64,000 bases of DNA from a bacterium (lineage in GTDB: Bacteria; UBA8248). The DNA is taken from contig OZ242260.1 of the NCBI GenBank assembly GCA_965207065.1, positions 3,328,001-3,392,000 of the forward strand, read 5' to 3'. The position numbers and the translations under genes were made by a program. This document shows, one piece after another, positions 1 through 9,252 of this stretch. The notes beneath the pieces were generated by a model. That model had not been told where the DNA came from, ran no database searches, and saw nothing but the letters and a program-made list of their open reading frames with translations. Every line of letters starts with the position of its first letter. Position 1 is the first letter of the stretch.

Positions 1-1136
1 CCCTCGGATCGAGGAGGCGCACCGCATTCCTGCCGTGGCTCTTTGTTTTGCTGCTCACCGCGCTCTGCGCCGCGCCGGGGTGGGCGGCGGTGCGTCAGAC
101 GGCGGCAGGCCCGGTATCGGTCGAGAAGATGGCGGGGGACCTCGATACGCCCTGGGGGCTGGCGTTCCTGCCGGGCGGGGCGTTCCTCGTCACCGAGCGG
201 GGCGGCGCGCTGTTTCACTTCGACGCAAAACGCCGGAGGATAAAAATCTCGGGCGTCCCGGAAGTCTATGCGTGGGGGCAGGGCGGGCTGATGGACGTCG
301 CCGCCGCGCGGGATTTTCAGAAAACGCGCGAGATATTCCTCACCTATTCGAAACGCCACGCTCGAGGCGGCGGAGGCACGGCGCTCGCCGTCGCGGCGCT
401 TTCAGCCGACAATCGAAAGCTCGAGAACCTGCGCGTCATCTTCGAGATGGCGTCTCCCTCACGAGGCGGACGGCATTTCGGCTCAAGGGTCGTGGAGGCG
501 GGGGACGGCACGCTATATCTCACGCTCGGCGAGCGGGGAGACCCCGATACGTCGCAGAACCTCTCCTTACACCACGGCAAGATAATCCGCGTCCGGCGCG
601 ACGGGAGCGTACCGCCGGACAATCCCTTCGTGGGACGGGCGGGGGCGCGACCCGAGATATGGAGCCTGGGTCACAGGAACCCGCAAGGCGCCGCGCTCGA
701 CGCGAACGGCGCGCTCTGGGCCGTCGAGCACGGCGCGCGGGGCGGGGACGAGATAAACCGGGTGCGGAAGGGCGCGAACTACGGCTGGCCGGTCATTTCC
801 TACGGACGCCACTACTGGGGCGGTAAGATCGGCGTTGGAGTGGCGAAAGAGGGGATGGAGCAGCCTGCTTTCTACTGGGACCCTTCCATCGCGCCTTGCG
901 GCATGGCGATTTATTCGGGGAAACTCCGGCCGGCCTGGCGCGGGCATTTCTTCGTCAGTTCTCTGAAATACGACCATATCTCGCGCCTGGACCCGGCAGG
1001 CGGTTTCCGGGAGGTGGAACGGCTCGCTTTCCCCGAAACGGGACGCGTGCGCGACGTGATTGAGGCGCCCGACGGAGCGATCTGGTTTTTGTCCGAGGAG
1101 AGAGGAGCGGTCTACCGGATCACGCCTTTGCGGTAG
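1..1136 (+). CDS. PQQ-dependent sugar dehydrogenase (glucose/sorbosone dehydrogenase, YliI-like), secreted; 5'-partial
   Basis: Motifs PWGLAFLP, GQGGLMDV, GRHFGSR, SLGHRNPQG, EHGARGGDEIN, GANYGWP. The frame is open back to the window edge (LGSRRRTAFLPWLFVLLL...), so the true start is probably upstream of base 1. Confidence 0.9.
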   Translation, partial: LGSRRRTAFLPWLFVLLLTALCAAPGWAAVRQTAAGPVSVEKMAGDLDTPWGLAFLPGGAFLVTERGGALFHFDAKRRRIKISGVPEVYAWGQGGLMDVAAARDFQKTREIFLTYSKRHARGGGGTALAVAALSADNRKLENLRVIFEMASPSRGGRHFGSRVVEAGDGTLYLTLGERGDPDTSQNLSLHHGKIIRVRRDGSVPPDNPFVGRAGARPEIWSLGHRNPQGAALDANGALWAVEHGARGGDEINRVRKGANYGWPVISYGRHYWGGKIGVGVAKEGMEQPAFYWDPSIAPCGMAIYSGKLRPAWRGHFFVSSLKYDHISRLDPAGGFREVERLAFPETGRVRDVIEAPDGAIWFLSEERGAVYRITPLR

Positions 1137-1242
1137 GTGTCAGTTCCGGGCGGGGAGGGGATGTCGGAAAAGTCCAGGTTTCGTGATTTGACGAATGGAA
1201 CCAACCGAGGAAATGGGATCCATAAGGACAGATCGCGGCCCC

Positions 1243-1268
1243 GGACAGGCACAGGGGCCTGTCCCTAC
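1243..1268 (-). repeat. GTAG-type REP palindrome
   Basis: The minus strand reads GTAGGGACAGGCCCCTGTGCCTGTCC; an identical copy is at 43694-43719. Confidence 0.85.
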
Positions 1269-1786
1269 AAAGGCGCAATTCCAATTTCTAAATCGAACCA
1301 AACATCATCATTCCGGTGAAGGCAGCCGAGCACGTATGACGCATTTCCGCGCATTTGGCGTCATGGCGCGCGGCGGGCGTTTCGCTAGAGTGGCGCGGCC
1401 GGTTCGCCCCCCAGAGGGCGAAGTGGCCGGAGCAGGCGAAGTGGCCAATACGCCCAGGCTTCATGAGGAAAAGGCGATGGAGAAGGCAATCCCAGGCGAA
1501 GTTTTCATCCCGGCGAAGCGGGTGAATTTCGCGCGCTGTCCCCACGTCGGCGACCTCGCCGGTGCGGTGGAATCCTCGTACGGCAGGAGTGAGCGCGCGG
1601 ATTTCGAATTTCCGGAAAATAAGATAAATATAGATAAATTCCCGAAATGATTTGCAGGTCAAACTAACCATAAAAATTCATTGAATTTAACGAATTGTCA
1701 GGATATATTAAAGTATTACATTAGGTAATTATCGAAATTTATCGAATTTAAAAACTTTTTTGGAACCCCGCAGTTCCCCGCATTTG

Positions 1787-2890
1787 CTACGCGAAGCGCA
1801 TCGGGTCGTAGGGGGCCGGGTCGAGCGGGGGGGCGTCGCCCAGATAGAGCGCCGTCGCCAGCCTCACGCTCGCGGGCGCAGGTCCGATGCCCGAAGGCCC
1901 GTGCCCGGTGCAGAAGTAGAGGCCCTCGAGCGCGCCCAGGCCGATGAGGGGGAGGTAGTCCGACGAGGTGGGCCGGAAGCCGCTCCAGGTCTCCTCGATG
2001 GCGCAGGCGGCGATTCCGGGCGCGATGCGGGTCCCCTCACTCAGCAGCCAGGAGAGGCCGCCCACGGTGAGCCTCGGGTCCTCGCCGGCGAACTCCCGGG
2101 TCGCGCCCAGTATGACGCGGCCGTCGGCGCGGGGCACGAGGTAGGGGTCGTTCACGGTCAGCACGACGCGCTTCAGCCCGAGCGCGCGGGCGTCCAGGGC
2201 GAGCATCTGACCGCGCTGGGGGGTGATGGGCGGCCTCGGGGCGGCGCCGGGCACGCTCCGGCTGCCGATGCCCGCGCAGACGAAGACGGCGGGCGCCTCA
2301 TGAACTCCGGCGTCGGTACGGACCCCGGTGACTCTCTCGCCGTCGCTCAGGATTTCCTCCACCGCGCAGCCGGTGAGGATTTCCACACCCTGCCGCCTGC
2401 AGGCAATCTCGAGCGCGGGCCCCAGCTTTCTGACTTCGAGGTTTCCGCCCGTGACGTGCAGCGCTCCCAGCAAATCAGTCGAAAGACAAGGCTCTTCGCG
2501 CCTCAACACATCGGGCGGCATCCACTCCGTGTCGCCCCACTCGCGCGCACGGGCTTTTTGCTGGATGGACTCCGCCTCCTCCTCATCCAGGGCGATGAGC
2601 AAAACGCCGGTGAGGCGGTATTCGATGTCCGTTCCACTCTCCTCGGCGAGGGCTTCCGCGAGATGGGCCCAATCCTCATCGGAGGCGGCCCGGAGCCTCA
2701 GGCCCGGCAGGCCGGCGATATCGGCGGAGCCGCTCGTCCCGTGGGCGGAGATGATGCCGGCGGAAGCCCAGGTGGTTCCCGCTCCGGGCCTGCCCTTTTC
2801 GATGATGGTGACGCTCCTGCCCGTTTTGCGGAGTTCCCGCGCCGTCAGGAGACCCATGATGCCGCCACCGATGATAATAACGTCGCGCAT
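1787..2890 (-). CDS. FAD-dependent oxidoreductase, glycine oxidase ThiO / D-amino acid oxidase family
   Basis: MRDVIIIGGGIMG FAD motif, TWASAGII, RGQM, WSGFRP, TGHGPSGI. Start trimmed to the ATG at 2890. Confidence 0.85.
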   Translation of the reverse strand: MRDVIIIGGGIMGLLTARELRKTGRSVTIIEKGRPGAGTTWASAGIISAHGTSGSADIAGLPGLRLRAASDEDWAHLAEALAEESGTDIEYRLTGVLLIALDEEEAESIQQKARAREWGDTEWMPPDVLRREEPCLSTDLLGALHVTGGNLEVRKLGPALEIACRRQGVEILTGCAVEEILSDGERVTGVRTDAGVHEAPAVFVCAGIGSRSVPGAAPRPPITPQRGQMLALDARALGLKRVVLTVNDPYLVPRADGRVILGATREFAGEDPRLTVGGLSWLLSEGTRIAPGIAACAIEETWSGFRPTSSDYLPLIGLGALEGLYFCTGHGPSGIGPAPASVRLATALYLGDAPPLDPAPYDPMRFA

Positions 2891-2994
2891 GAGATGCCTT
2901 TCTGATTTATCCGCCAGATGGATAGCCCAACCGGTCGGGTTATAACATGGAGGCTCGACCTCCCCGCAAGCAGGGGAGGGATATATCGGTAGAT

Positions 2995-3027
2995 AAAAAA
3001 ACGACGGCCCGGATGAGCCGTCGTTTT
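2995..3027 (-). terminator. Rho-independent terminator after the cold-shock gene
   Basis: Minus-strand stem ACGACGGC...GCCGTCGT followed by a T-tract. Confidence 0.75.
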
Positions 3028-3047
3028 GGGTTCTCTCTGAATGAGGG

Positions 3048-3263
3048 TTATTCTTCGGAGTCACCCCCTTTTGTGACGTTTGCCGCCTGAAGCCCTTTCG
3101 GGCCTTGGACAATTTCGAAGTTCACGTTTTGTCCTTCCTCCAGGGTTTTGAAGCCCTCTCCCTGGATCGCGGAGAAGTGAACGAAAACGTCGTCACCATC
3201 CGTCTGCGAAATGAAACCATAGCCCTTGGCGTCATTGAACCACTTCACTGTTCCTTCTGGCAC
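3048..3263 (-). CDS. Cold-shock protein (CspA family)
   Basis: [15 protein letters not shown] and DVFVHFSAI motifs; GTG start with an AGGAGA RBS upstream. Confidence 0.95.
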   Translation of the reverse strand: MPEGTVKWFNDAKGYGFISQTDGDDVFVHFSAIQGEGFKTLEEGQNVNFEIVQGPKGLQAANVTKGGDSEE

Positions 3264-3480
3264 TTGCTGATCTCCTGCATGTTTGGAAATGGGTAGAGAT
3301 GAAACTGGTGGGGGCCTTTCACTCCAAGTACATTTCCAGAAATTCAAGTTGGCCGCGCCGGCCGCAGCCTTTGTAATTGCTTATCAAACTAAACATCGCC
3401 TTGCAACCTGTGAGATTCTTATGTAGCAGGTGAGTTTCACCGAACGCTCGTACCTCAAATTAACAGGAGAATTAAAGTCG

Positions 3481-4029
3481 ATGACTCGTTTGATCGAAAT
3501 CCCGATAGAAAAGATGACGGAACCGCAAAGAAAACTCCATGAAAAAATCGCCTCCGGTCCCAGGGGAGGAGTGCGTGGCCCGTTTCTGGCGTGGCTCAAA
3601 AGCCCGGCTTATCTGGAAAAACTGGAAGAAACTGGACGTTACTTGCGCTATGACACCCTATTCGAGCCTAGACTAAGCGAGTTTGCGATCTTGATAACCG
3701 CCCGGTACTGGGGCTCTCAATATGAGTGGTATGCCCATGAGCCCTTAGCTAGAAAAGGGGGATTGTCGCCGGAGGTTATCAAGGCGGTTCAGGAGAACAG
3801 GCGACCCGCTGATATGGCTGCCGATGAGGAAGCAATCTATGATTTTTGCGTTGCACTGCACGGAGATCATTTTGTGAGCGATGAAGTTTATCAGAATGCA
3901 TTCGAGCATTTCGGAGAGCGTGGGCTGGTGGAGTTGATCGGCCTGATTGGACATTACACGACTGTTTCGATGACGCTCAACGCATTTGAACTACAAGTGC
4001 CAGAGGGAGAAGAACCTCCGTTAAAGTAA
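3481..4029 (+). CDS. Carboxymuconolactone decarboxylase (CMD/AhpD-like) family protein
   Basis: GPRGGVRGPF, RLSEFAILITAR, YEWYAH, LVELIGLIGHY; AGGAGA RBS upstream. Confidence 0.85.
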   Translation: MTRLIEIPIEKMTEPQRKLHEKIASGPRGGVRGPFLAWLKSPAYLEKLEETGRYLRYDTLFEPRLSEFAILITARYWGSQYEWYAHEPLARKGGLSPEVIKAVQENRRPADMAADEEAIYDFCVALHGDHFVSDEVYQNAFEHFGERGLVELIGLIGHYTTVSMTLNAFELQVPEGEEPPLK

Positions 4030-4043
4030 AGGGGTCACTCGAT

Positions 4044-4805
4044 ATGCGATTGCGGCTAGAAGGTAAAACTGCATTCATTACAGGAGCCTCTGTGGGGATC
4101 GGCTCCGCCATAGCGAGGCGTTTCGCCGATGAGGGATGTTCACTTTATTTGGCAGGTGGTAGAAACCAAACAGCTTTGGAGTCGACCCTCGCGCATTGTA
4201 AGACCCAAGGAATATCTGCGGCTGGCGAGGGGGTTGACTTGTCGAATCTGGCGAATGCGGCCCCTTTAATGAGTCGCGCCCTGATGCATCTGGGTCATCT
4301 CGATATTTTGGTGAACTGCGCTGGAATCCGCTGCAACAAGCCCGTGGAAGAAATCACGCATGAAGAGGTAGTTGCGCTTTTTCAAGTCAATGCGATGGCC
4401 TCGTTTATTCTGAGTGGGTTGGCAGCCAAGCACATGATTCCCAGGACAGGAGGTCAGATCATCAACATTGGCTCGACATCTGGAGAAGCGGGAGTTCCCG
4501 ATAATTCCCTCTACTGTGCGACGAAGGGCGCCATGCACCTGATGACGAAGGCGCATGCCGCCGAACTCGGGCCCAAAGGGATTCGGGTAAATGCGATAGC
4601 TCCGGGAACGACTTTGAGTGAGGGGACGAAGTATCGCGTGGAAACGCAAGCAGATAGACGAGAGAAACTGATGAGCAATATACCGTTGGGACGATTTGCT
4701 GTTCCGGAAGAAATCGCCGATTGCGCTGTATTCATGGCTTCTGATGAAGCATCATATATGAATGGGACAGTCATACTGATTGATGGCGGTAGATTATGCC
4801 AATGA
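4044..4805 (+). CDS. Short-chain dehydrogenase/reductase (SDR)
   Basis: TGASVGIG, NCAG, catalytic YCATK, IRVNAIAPG. Confidence 0.92.
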   Translation: MRLRLEGKTAFITGASVGIGSAIARRFADEGCSLYLAGGRNQTALESTLAHCKTQGISAAGEGVDLSNLANAAPLMSRALMHLGHLDILVNCAGIRCNKPVEEITHEEVVALFQVNAMASFILSGLAAKHMIPRTGGQIINIGSTSGEAGVPDNSLYCATKGAMHLMTKAHAAELGPKGIRVNAIAPGTTLSEGTKYRVETQADRREKLMSNIPLGRFAVPEEIADCAVFMASDEASYMNGTVILIDGGRLCQ

Positions 4806-4842
4806 ATATGTTCAAAGATATGGAATTAATGAAAGGTTTGAT

Positions 4843-5841
4843 ATGACGCATCGCCTCGGGTTTTGGCTCCTCACTTTTGCGGACATTTCTTTCGAGGGAT
4901 TGGGAGAGGTTTCCAGGCTTGGCGAGGAATTAGGATATGATCGAGTTTATACGACAGAATCTCTAACGGACACTTTGGCCATTAATCAGTTGATGGCGAC
5001 ATACACATCCAGGATTGAGATCGGAAGTTCGGTAGCCATCATTTATCTGCGCCATGCCTCCATGGCGGCTCAAGGCGCGGTGGCGATTAACGAAATCTCC
5101 GGCGGCCGTTATATCCTAGGTCTCGGACTTGGGCACCCGCCCCGGGTCAAAGCGATGGGGATAGAGCCCGGAAATCCTCTGGAAGATATGCGGAAATATG
5201 TGAGTGAGGTAAAGGGAGTATTGGATGGCGAGCCTGTATATCCTCTGCCTGTGCAGACTTACCAGGGGGAGGAATTGAAATTCAGGCGCTCAAACTATCC
5301 GGTCCGAATATACATAGCGGCTGTCGGCCCCAAAATGACAGAGCTTGGCGGAGAAATTGCCGATGGATTATTGCCGTACATGGTTCCGCTATCAAGAATG
5401 AGCGCCTATATGGAAGCGAGAGACACTGGTGCGAAACGAGCGGATAGAAATCCTCGTAATGTAGAAGTTGATCTTGGTTTGCATACCTTCTTATGTGACG
5501 ACCTCAACTTCGCGAGAGAAGCTGCTCGCCAAACATTGACATATTGGCTAGGACTGCCGGCATACAACAATTCGATTCGGGAAAGTGGTTATGAGCAAGA
5601 GGCAGAATCCATAAAGCGAGCCTTCGAAAGTGGCGATCAAAAAGCTTTGAGAGATGGTATTACAGATGCCATCATTGATGAATTTTGTCTTGTTGGCCCG
5701 CCGGAGAGGTGCCGGGAACGGTTGGCCGCTTTCCTTGAGGCCGGAGTGGATATGCCCGCCTTGATGATTGACCCCGTGTTGGCGGATGAAAGCTATCAAG
5801 ATGCCGTCGAGCGCACTCTAAATGCCTTGGCGCCAAGGTAG
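4843..5841 (+). CDS. Luciferase-like (LLM class) flavin/F420-dependent oxidoreductase
   Basis: EELGYDRV, TSRIEIGS, SGGRYILGLGLG, IYIAAVGPKM, GEIADG, LVGPPERC. Confidence 0.88.
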   Translation: MTHRLGFWLLTFADISFEGLGEVSRLGEELGYDRVYTTESLTDTLAINQLMATYTSRIEIGSSVAIIYLRHASMAAQGAVAINEISGGRYILGLGLGHPPRVKAMGIEPGNPLEDMRKYVSEVKGVLDGEPVYPLPVQTYQGEELKFRRSNYPVRIYIAAVGPKMTELGGEIADGLLPYMVPLSRMSAYMEARDTGAKRADRNPRNVEVDLGLHTFLCDDLNFAREAARQTLTYWLGLPAYNNSIRESGYEQEAESIKRAFESGDQKALRDGITDAIIDEFCLVGPPERCRERLAAFLEAGVDMPALMIDPVLADESYQDAVERTLNALAPR

Positions 5842-5843
5842 AT

Positions 5844-7058
5844 ATGAATAACCCTCAGAATAAAGAAAAGCCATCCTTTCGAACTTTACCCTGGACCGGG
5901 ACAGGTCTCATTTTCTTCGCGCATTTTGTGGTCGATAGCCAGGCGAATTTTTTTGCGCCCCTTGTGCCATTGTTGAAAGAAAAACTCGGACTCAGTATCA
6001 CTACAATCGGATTTTTAATTTCATGTCAGGCCGTGAGCGGCTCAATCACACAGCCTATTACCGGTATAGTTATCGACAAGTGGCCCTGGTTGCCCTGGCT
6101 TGCCGTAGGTCTAATCGGGAGCTCCGTTGCTTTTACGGCGATCGGATGGGTGACTAGCGTCTATGGCTTGGCCGCCGCAGTAATCATGGGTGGTATTCTT
6201 TTTGGTTTATGCCATCCGGATATGGCCGCGCGTGCGGGCAGGCTGAGTTCCGAGCATGCCGGCTTTATCGTCAGCTTGTTCGTTACAGCGGGGAGGCTGG
6301 GTTTTGCAATTGGCCCGTTGATTGCCATCTTCATCGCGGAAACGATGGGGATGGAACATTTGTGGGTATTCATCCTCGTGGCGGTGCTCGCGATGGCGGG
6401 TGTGAAATTAGGGATGCCGGCTCCACCTCGGAGAAAGAGAAAAGATGAAAAAGCGCTCGAGCGGGAAGGATTGGTCGTTGCGCTTAAGCATGTCCGTGGA
6501 CCCATGCTTCTCCTGTTTGGCATCGCTGCCGTTAGGGGGACGACTTTGGCGAATTTGGGGGGATTTTTGCCTGCGATATTTGTTGATAAGGGTTTAGGGC
6601 TTTGGCGCGGCGGCATGGCCAATACGGTCATATTTTTCTCGGGTGCCATCGGTGTGATGCTCGGGGGTATACTGGGTGACAGGTACGGGAAGCCCAAGGT
6701 GATTGCCATCGGCGTCGGATGCGCCTTGGGCGGTATGGTGGCGTTTCAGTTATCTTCCTTGGAGTGGGCTTATATATCTCTCGCCATCATTGGCGCCGGT
6801 GTATTTGTGCCGATGGGGGTATCCGTTGCCCTGGCGCAAGAATATTTGCCCGAACACCGGGGGTTCGCAAGTTCATTGATATTGGGTGGTGGTTGGATAT
6901 TTGCCGGATTAACGGCGATTCCCCTTTCTTTGCTTGGGGAGAGAATCGGGATGCTGAATGCTTTTTGGACACTTCCAATAGTATTGCTTGTGGGCTTTGT
7001 TTTGGCTGTGTGGTTGCAAAGACGACAACCCGATCCTGATCCCGTTGTCACCGATTGA
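5844..7058 (+). CDS. MFS transporter (Fsr-like)
   Basis: AHFVVD start motif, about 12 hydrophobic segments, GGILGDRYG motif A. Confidence 0.85.
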   Translation: MNNPQNKEKPSFRTLPWTGTGLIFFAHFVVDSQANFFAPLVPLLKEKLGLSITTIGFLISCQAVSGSITQPITGIVIDKWPWLPWLAVGLIGSSVAFTAIGWVTSVYGLAAAVIMGGILFGLCHPDMAARAGRLSSEHAGFIVSLFVTAGRLGFAIGPLIAIFIAETMGMEHLWVFILVAVLAMAGVKLGMPAPPRRKRKDEKALEREGLVVALKHVRGPMLLLFGIAAVRGTTLANLGGFLPAIFVDKGLGLWRGGMANTVIFFSGAIGVMLGGILGDRYGKPKVIAIGVGCALGGMVAFQLSSLEWAYISLAIIGAGVFVPMGVSVALAQEYLPEHRGFASSLILGGGWIFAGLTAIPLSLLGERIGMLNAFWTLPIVLLVGFVLAVWLQRRQPDPDPVVTD

Positions 7059-7271
7059 TGGGAGCATGGGTAATTTTCTGAGTCCGATAATGACCGGCGA
7101 ATTTCAAACACAAGGAGTGGGATGCAAAGGTATTTCCAAGTGTGATAATGTTTTCTGATAACAGCGAAAGTATATAGATTTTTGGTTTTGGATTTGTTCC
7201 CATATTGCGGGTTTGCCGCTTTATCATCTGAAAATGCCTTCGGGCTCATGAATCTCAAGGAGGATTATGTA

Positions 7272-8267
7272 ATGAATCGCAGAGGCATGTTTCTTGTCGT
7301 CGCTATGGCCGTGGCAGGAGTTCTGTTGAGTGCATTTTCTGCCAGTGCGGCACCGTTCCGCATCGGCCACCATCGCTCTGTTATGGGAGCGGTCACCATC
7401 GTTGCTCATAAGATGGGCTATTATAATCAGACTATCGGCAAGGGAAAATACACCATTAAACAATTCGCTCAGGGGAAGTTGATGCGCCAGGCGATTTTGT
7501 CGAATTCACTGGATGTCGGCGGCGCCGCCGATCGTGCCTTTTATTCGGCGATATCAAAGAAAGCGAATGCACCTGGAATCGGAAATGCAAATTATTGGTG
7601 CAAGGCAAACAAGATTCTCACATCTCCAAAATCACCTGTGAAAACCTTGCATGACTTGAAGGGCAAAAGACTTGGCGTAGGTAAAGCTACTGGTACATAT
7701 TTCACGCTGACAACCTTCATTCTGCCGGAATATGGTTTAAGCGTGAATGACTTCACGACCGTGAACATGAACAATGATACCCGCATGGCGGCGCTTAAAT
7801 CCCGGACGGTGGATATGATAGCTTTGAACAACCCGCAAGCTGCCATAGCCATCGATAGGGGATATGCCCGCACAGTGGAAACTTTTTGTAAATATGCAAA
7901 CAACCTGTGGATAATCATGGCCAATGGAAAAACCCTCAAAAAAGGCAGAGATGTATATACGCAATTCTTGAGAGGATTCATTCGTGGCATGAAATTGCAC
8001 AGAGACAATCGCGATAAGTTTGCGCGTGTATACCTGAACCACTTGCAATCGAAAGGCTCAAAAATAAAGCTTAAAATAGTAAAAGCCTCTGTGAACGATC
8101 TGACTTTTGGCCTTCTCCCATCAGAGGCGGATTACAAATGGTTTGATCACATGGGCAAAGTTCTTCTGAAAAAACGTAAAGCGAAGAGAACAGTGGATCT
8201 TCGCAAGGAAGGCATGGATTTGAGCATGGTGAAAGAGGCCATGGCAGCAGAGGGTTGGAAAAACTAA
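7272..8267 (+). CDS. ABC transporter substrate-binding protein, NMT1/SsuA/TauA-like
   Basis: Signal peptide ending ASA; SPVKTLHDLKGKRLGV motif; AGGAGG RBS. Confidence 0.8.
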   Translation: MNRRGMFLVVAMAVAGVLLSAFSASAAPFRIGHHRSVMGAVTIVAHKMGYYNQTIGKGKYTIKQFAQGKLMRQAILSNSLDVGGAADRAFYSAISKKANAPGIGNANYWCKANKILTSPKSPVKTLHDLKGKRLGVGKATGTYFTLTTFILPEYGLSVNDFTTVNMNNDTRMAALKSRTVDMIALNNPQAAIAIDRGYARTVETFCKYANNLWIIMANGKTLKKGRDVYTQFLRGFIRGMKLHRDNRDKFARVYLNHLQSKGSKIKLKIVKASVNDLTFGLLPSEADYKWFDHMGKVLLKKRKAKRTVDLRKEGMDLSMVKEAMAAEGWKN

Positions 8268-8287
8268 GTCTTTTGATTAGAAAGCAT

Positions 8288-8325
8288 AAAGAGCCGCGGC
8301 CAGCATCGGCCGCGGCTCTTTCTTT
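8288..8325 (+). terminator. Rho-independent terminator, possibly bidirectional
   Basis: AAAGAGCCGCGGCC-loop-GGCCGCGGCTCTTT followed by CTTT, between convergent genes. Confidence 0.8.
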
Positions 8326-8389
8326 CTCTCGACTAGAAGTCAGCCCTGCACCCTTTCAATGCGCCCATCGGCAGGTGCAGAGTCTATAC

Positions 8390-9046
8390 TCACGGTTGTT
8401 TTACGACCCGGATATAAGGCAGGGGTGACTCCCATCCTTCCGGGTATTTCTTCTTGGCATCCTCATCGGATACGGCCGGCAAAATGATCACGTCTCCACC
8501 TTGCTGCCAGTTTGCCGGAGTTGCCACCTGTTCACTGCTCGTCAACTGGCAGGAGTCCAGTAGTCTCAGGATTTCGCTGAAATTCCGGCCAGTGCTCATC
8601 GGATAGGTGAGTGTTGCCTTGATTTTCTTGTCCGGGCCGATAACGAACACCGAGCGGGCCGTCGCATTATCAGCGGCCGTCCGGCCTTCGGATGAGTCGC
8701 CCGAATCAGCCGGCAGCATGTCATAGGCTTTGACTACTTTAAGTCCAGGGTCGCCAATCAAGGGATAATTCACGGCATGGCCCTGTGAACTTTCGATGTC
8801 TTCCGACCATTTTTCATGATCGGAAACCCCGTCGACGCTGATGCCGATCACCTTGCAGTTTCTTTTGTCGAATTCGGATTTAAGTCCGGCCATGGTTCCG
8901 AGCTCAGTGGTGCAGACTGGAGTAAAGTCCTTTGGATGTGAAAACATTATAGCCCAACCCTCGCCAATCCATTCATGAAAATTGATGGGGCCTTGGGTTG
9001 TGTCTGCAGAAAAATCCGGAGCTTCATTATTGATTCTTAAAGCCAT
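8390..9046 (-). CDS. 1-Cys peroxiredoxin (Prx6 family)
   Basis: FSHPKDFTPVCTTELG, YPMSTGRNF, VATPANW. Start at MALRIN; the ORF-track extension runs through the tRNA. Confidence 0.95.
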   Translation of the reverse strand: MALRINNEAPDFSADTTQGPINFHEWIGEGWAIMFSHPKDFTPVCTTELGTMAGLKSEFDKRNCKVIGISVDGVSDHEKWSEDIESSQGHAVNYPLIGDPGLKVVKAYDMLPADSGDSSEGRTAADNATARSVFVIGPDKKIKATLTYPMSTGRNFSEILRLLDSCQLTSSEQVATPANWQQGGDVIILPAVSDEDAKKKYPEGWESPLPYIRVVKQP

Positions 9047-9121
9047 TGTCCTCTCCTTGCATAAAGAATTAGAGAAAACTACGAATTCCCGTGTGCTGGA
9101 TGTGAAAACGAAAGAACTAAG

Positions 9122-9195
9122 TGGCTGGGGGAGGAGGATTCGAACCTCCGTACCCAGATCCAGAGTCTGGTGTCCTGCCGCTAGACGATCCCCCA
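9122..9195 (-). tRNA. tRNA-Gln (anticodon CUG), CCA encoded
   Basis: Minus strand TGGGGGA...CCAGA-CTCTGGA-TCTGG...GGAGG-TTCGAAT-CCTCC-TCCCCCA-G-CCA forms a complete cloverleaf. Confidence 0.95.
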
Positions 9196-9252
9196 AAAAG
9201 ACCTAGATGTTTATATGTATGAGTTCTTTATTCGTCAAGGACGATACCGGAA

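Noticed and set aside
1195-1650. 151-aa ORF in the spacer after the sugar dehydrogenase
   Set aside because: It runs through a REP and the repeated AT-rich motif and matches no family I recognise; treated as probably non-coding.
3300-9122. Genomic island integrated at the tRNA-Gln 3' end
   Set aside because: I found no duplicated tRNA 3' end and no integrase, and the low-GC zone continues on the other side of the tRNA.
9047-9196. 50-aa N-terminal extension of the peroxiredoxin in the ORF track
   Set aside because: It overlaps the tRNA gene; the real start has its own AGGAGAGG RBS.
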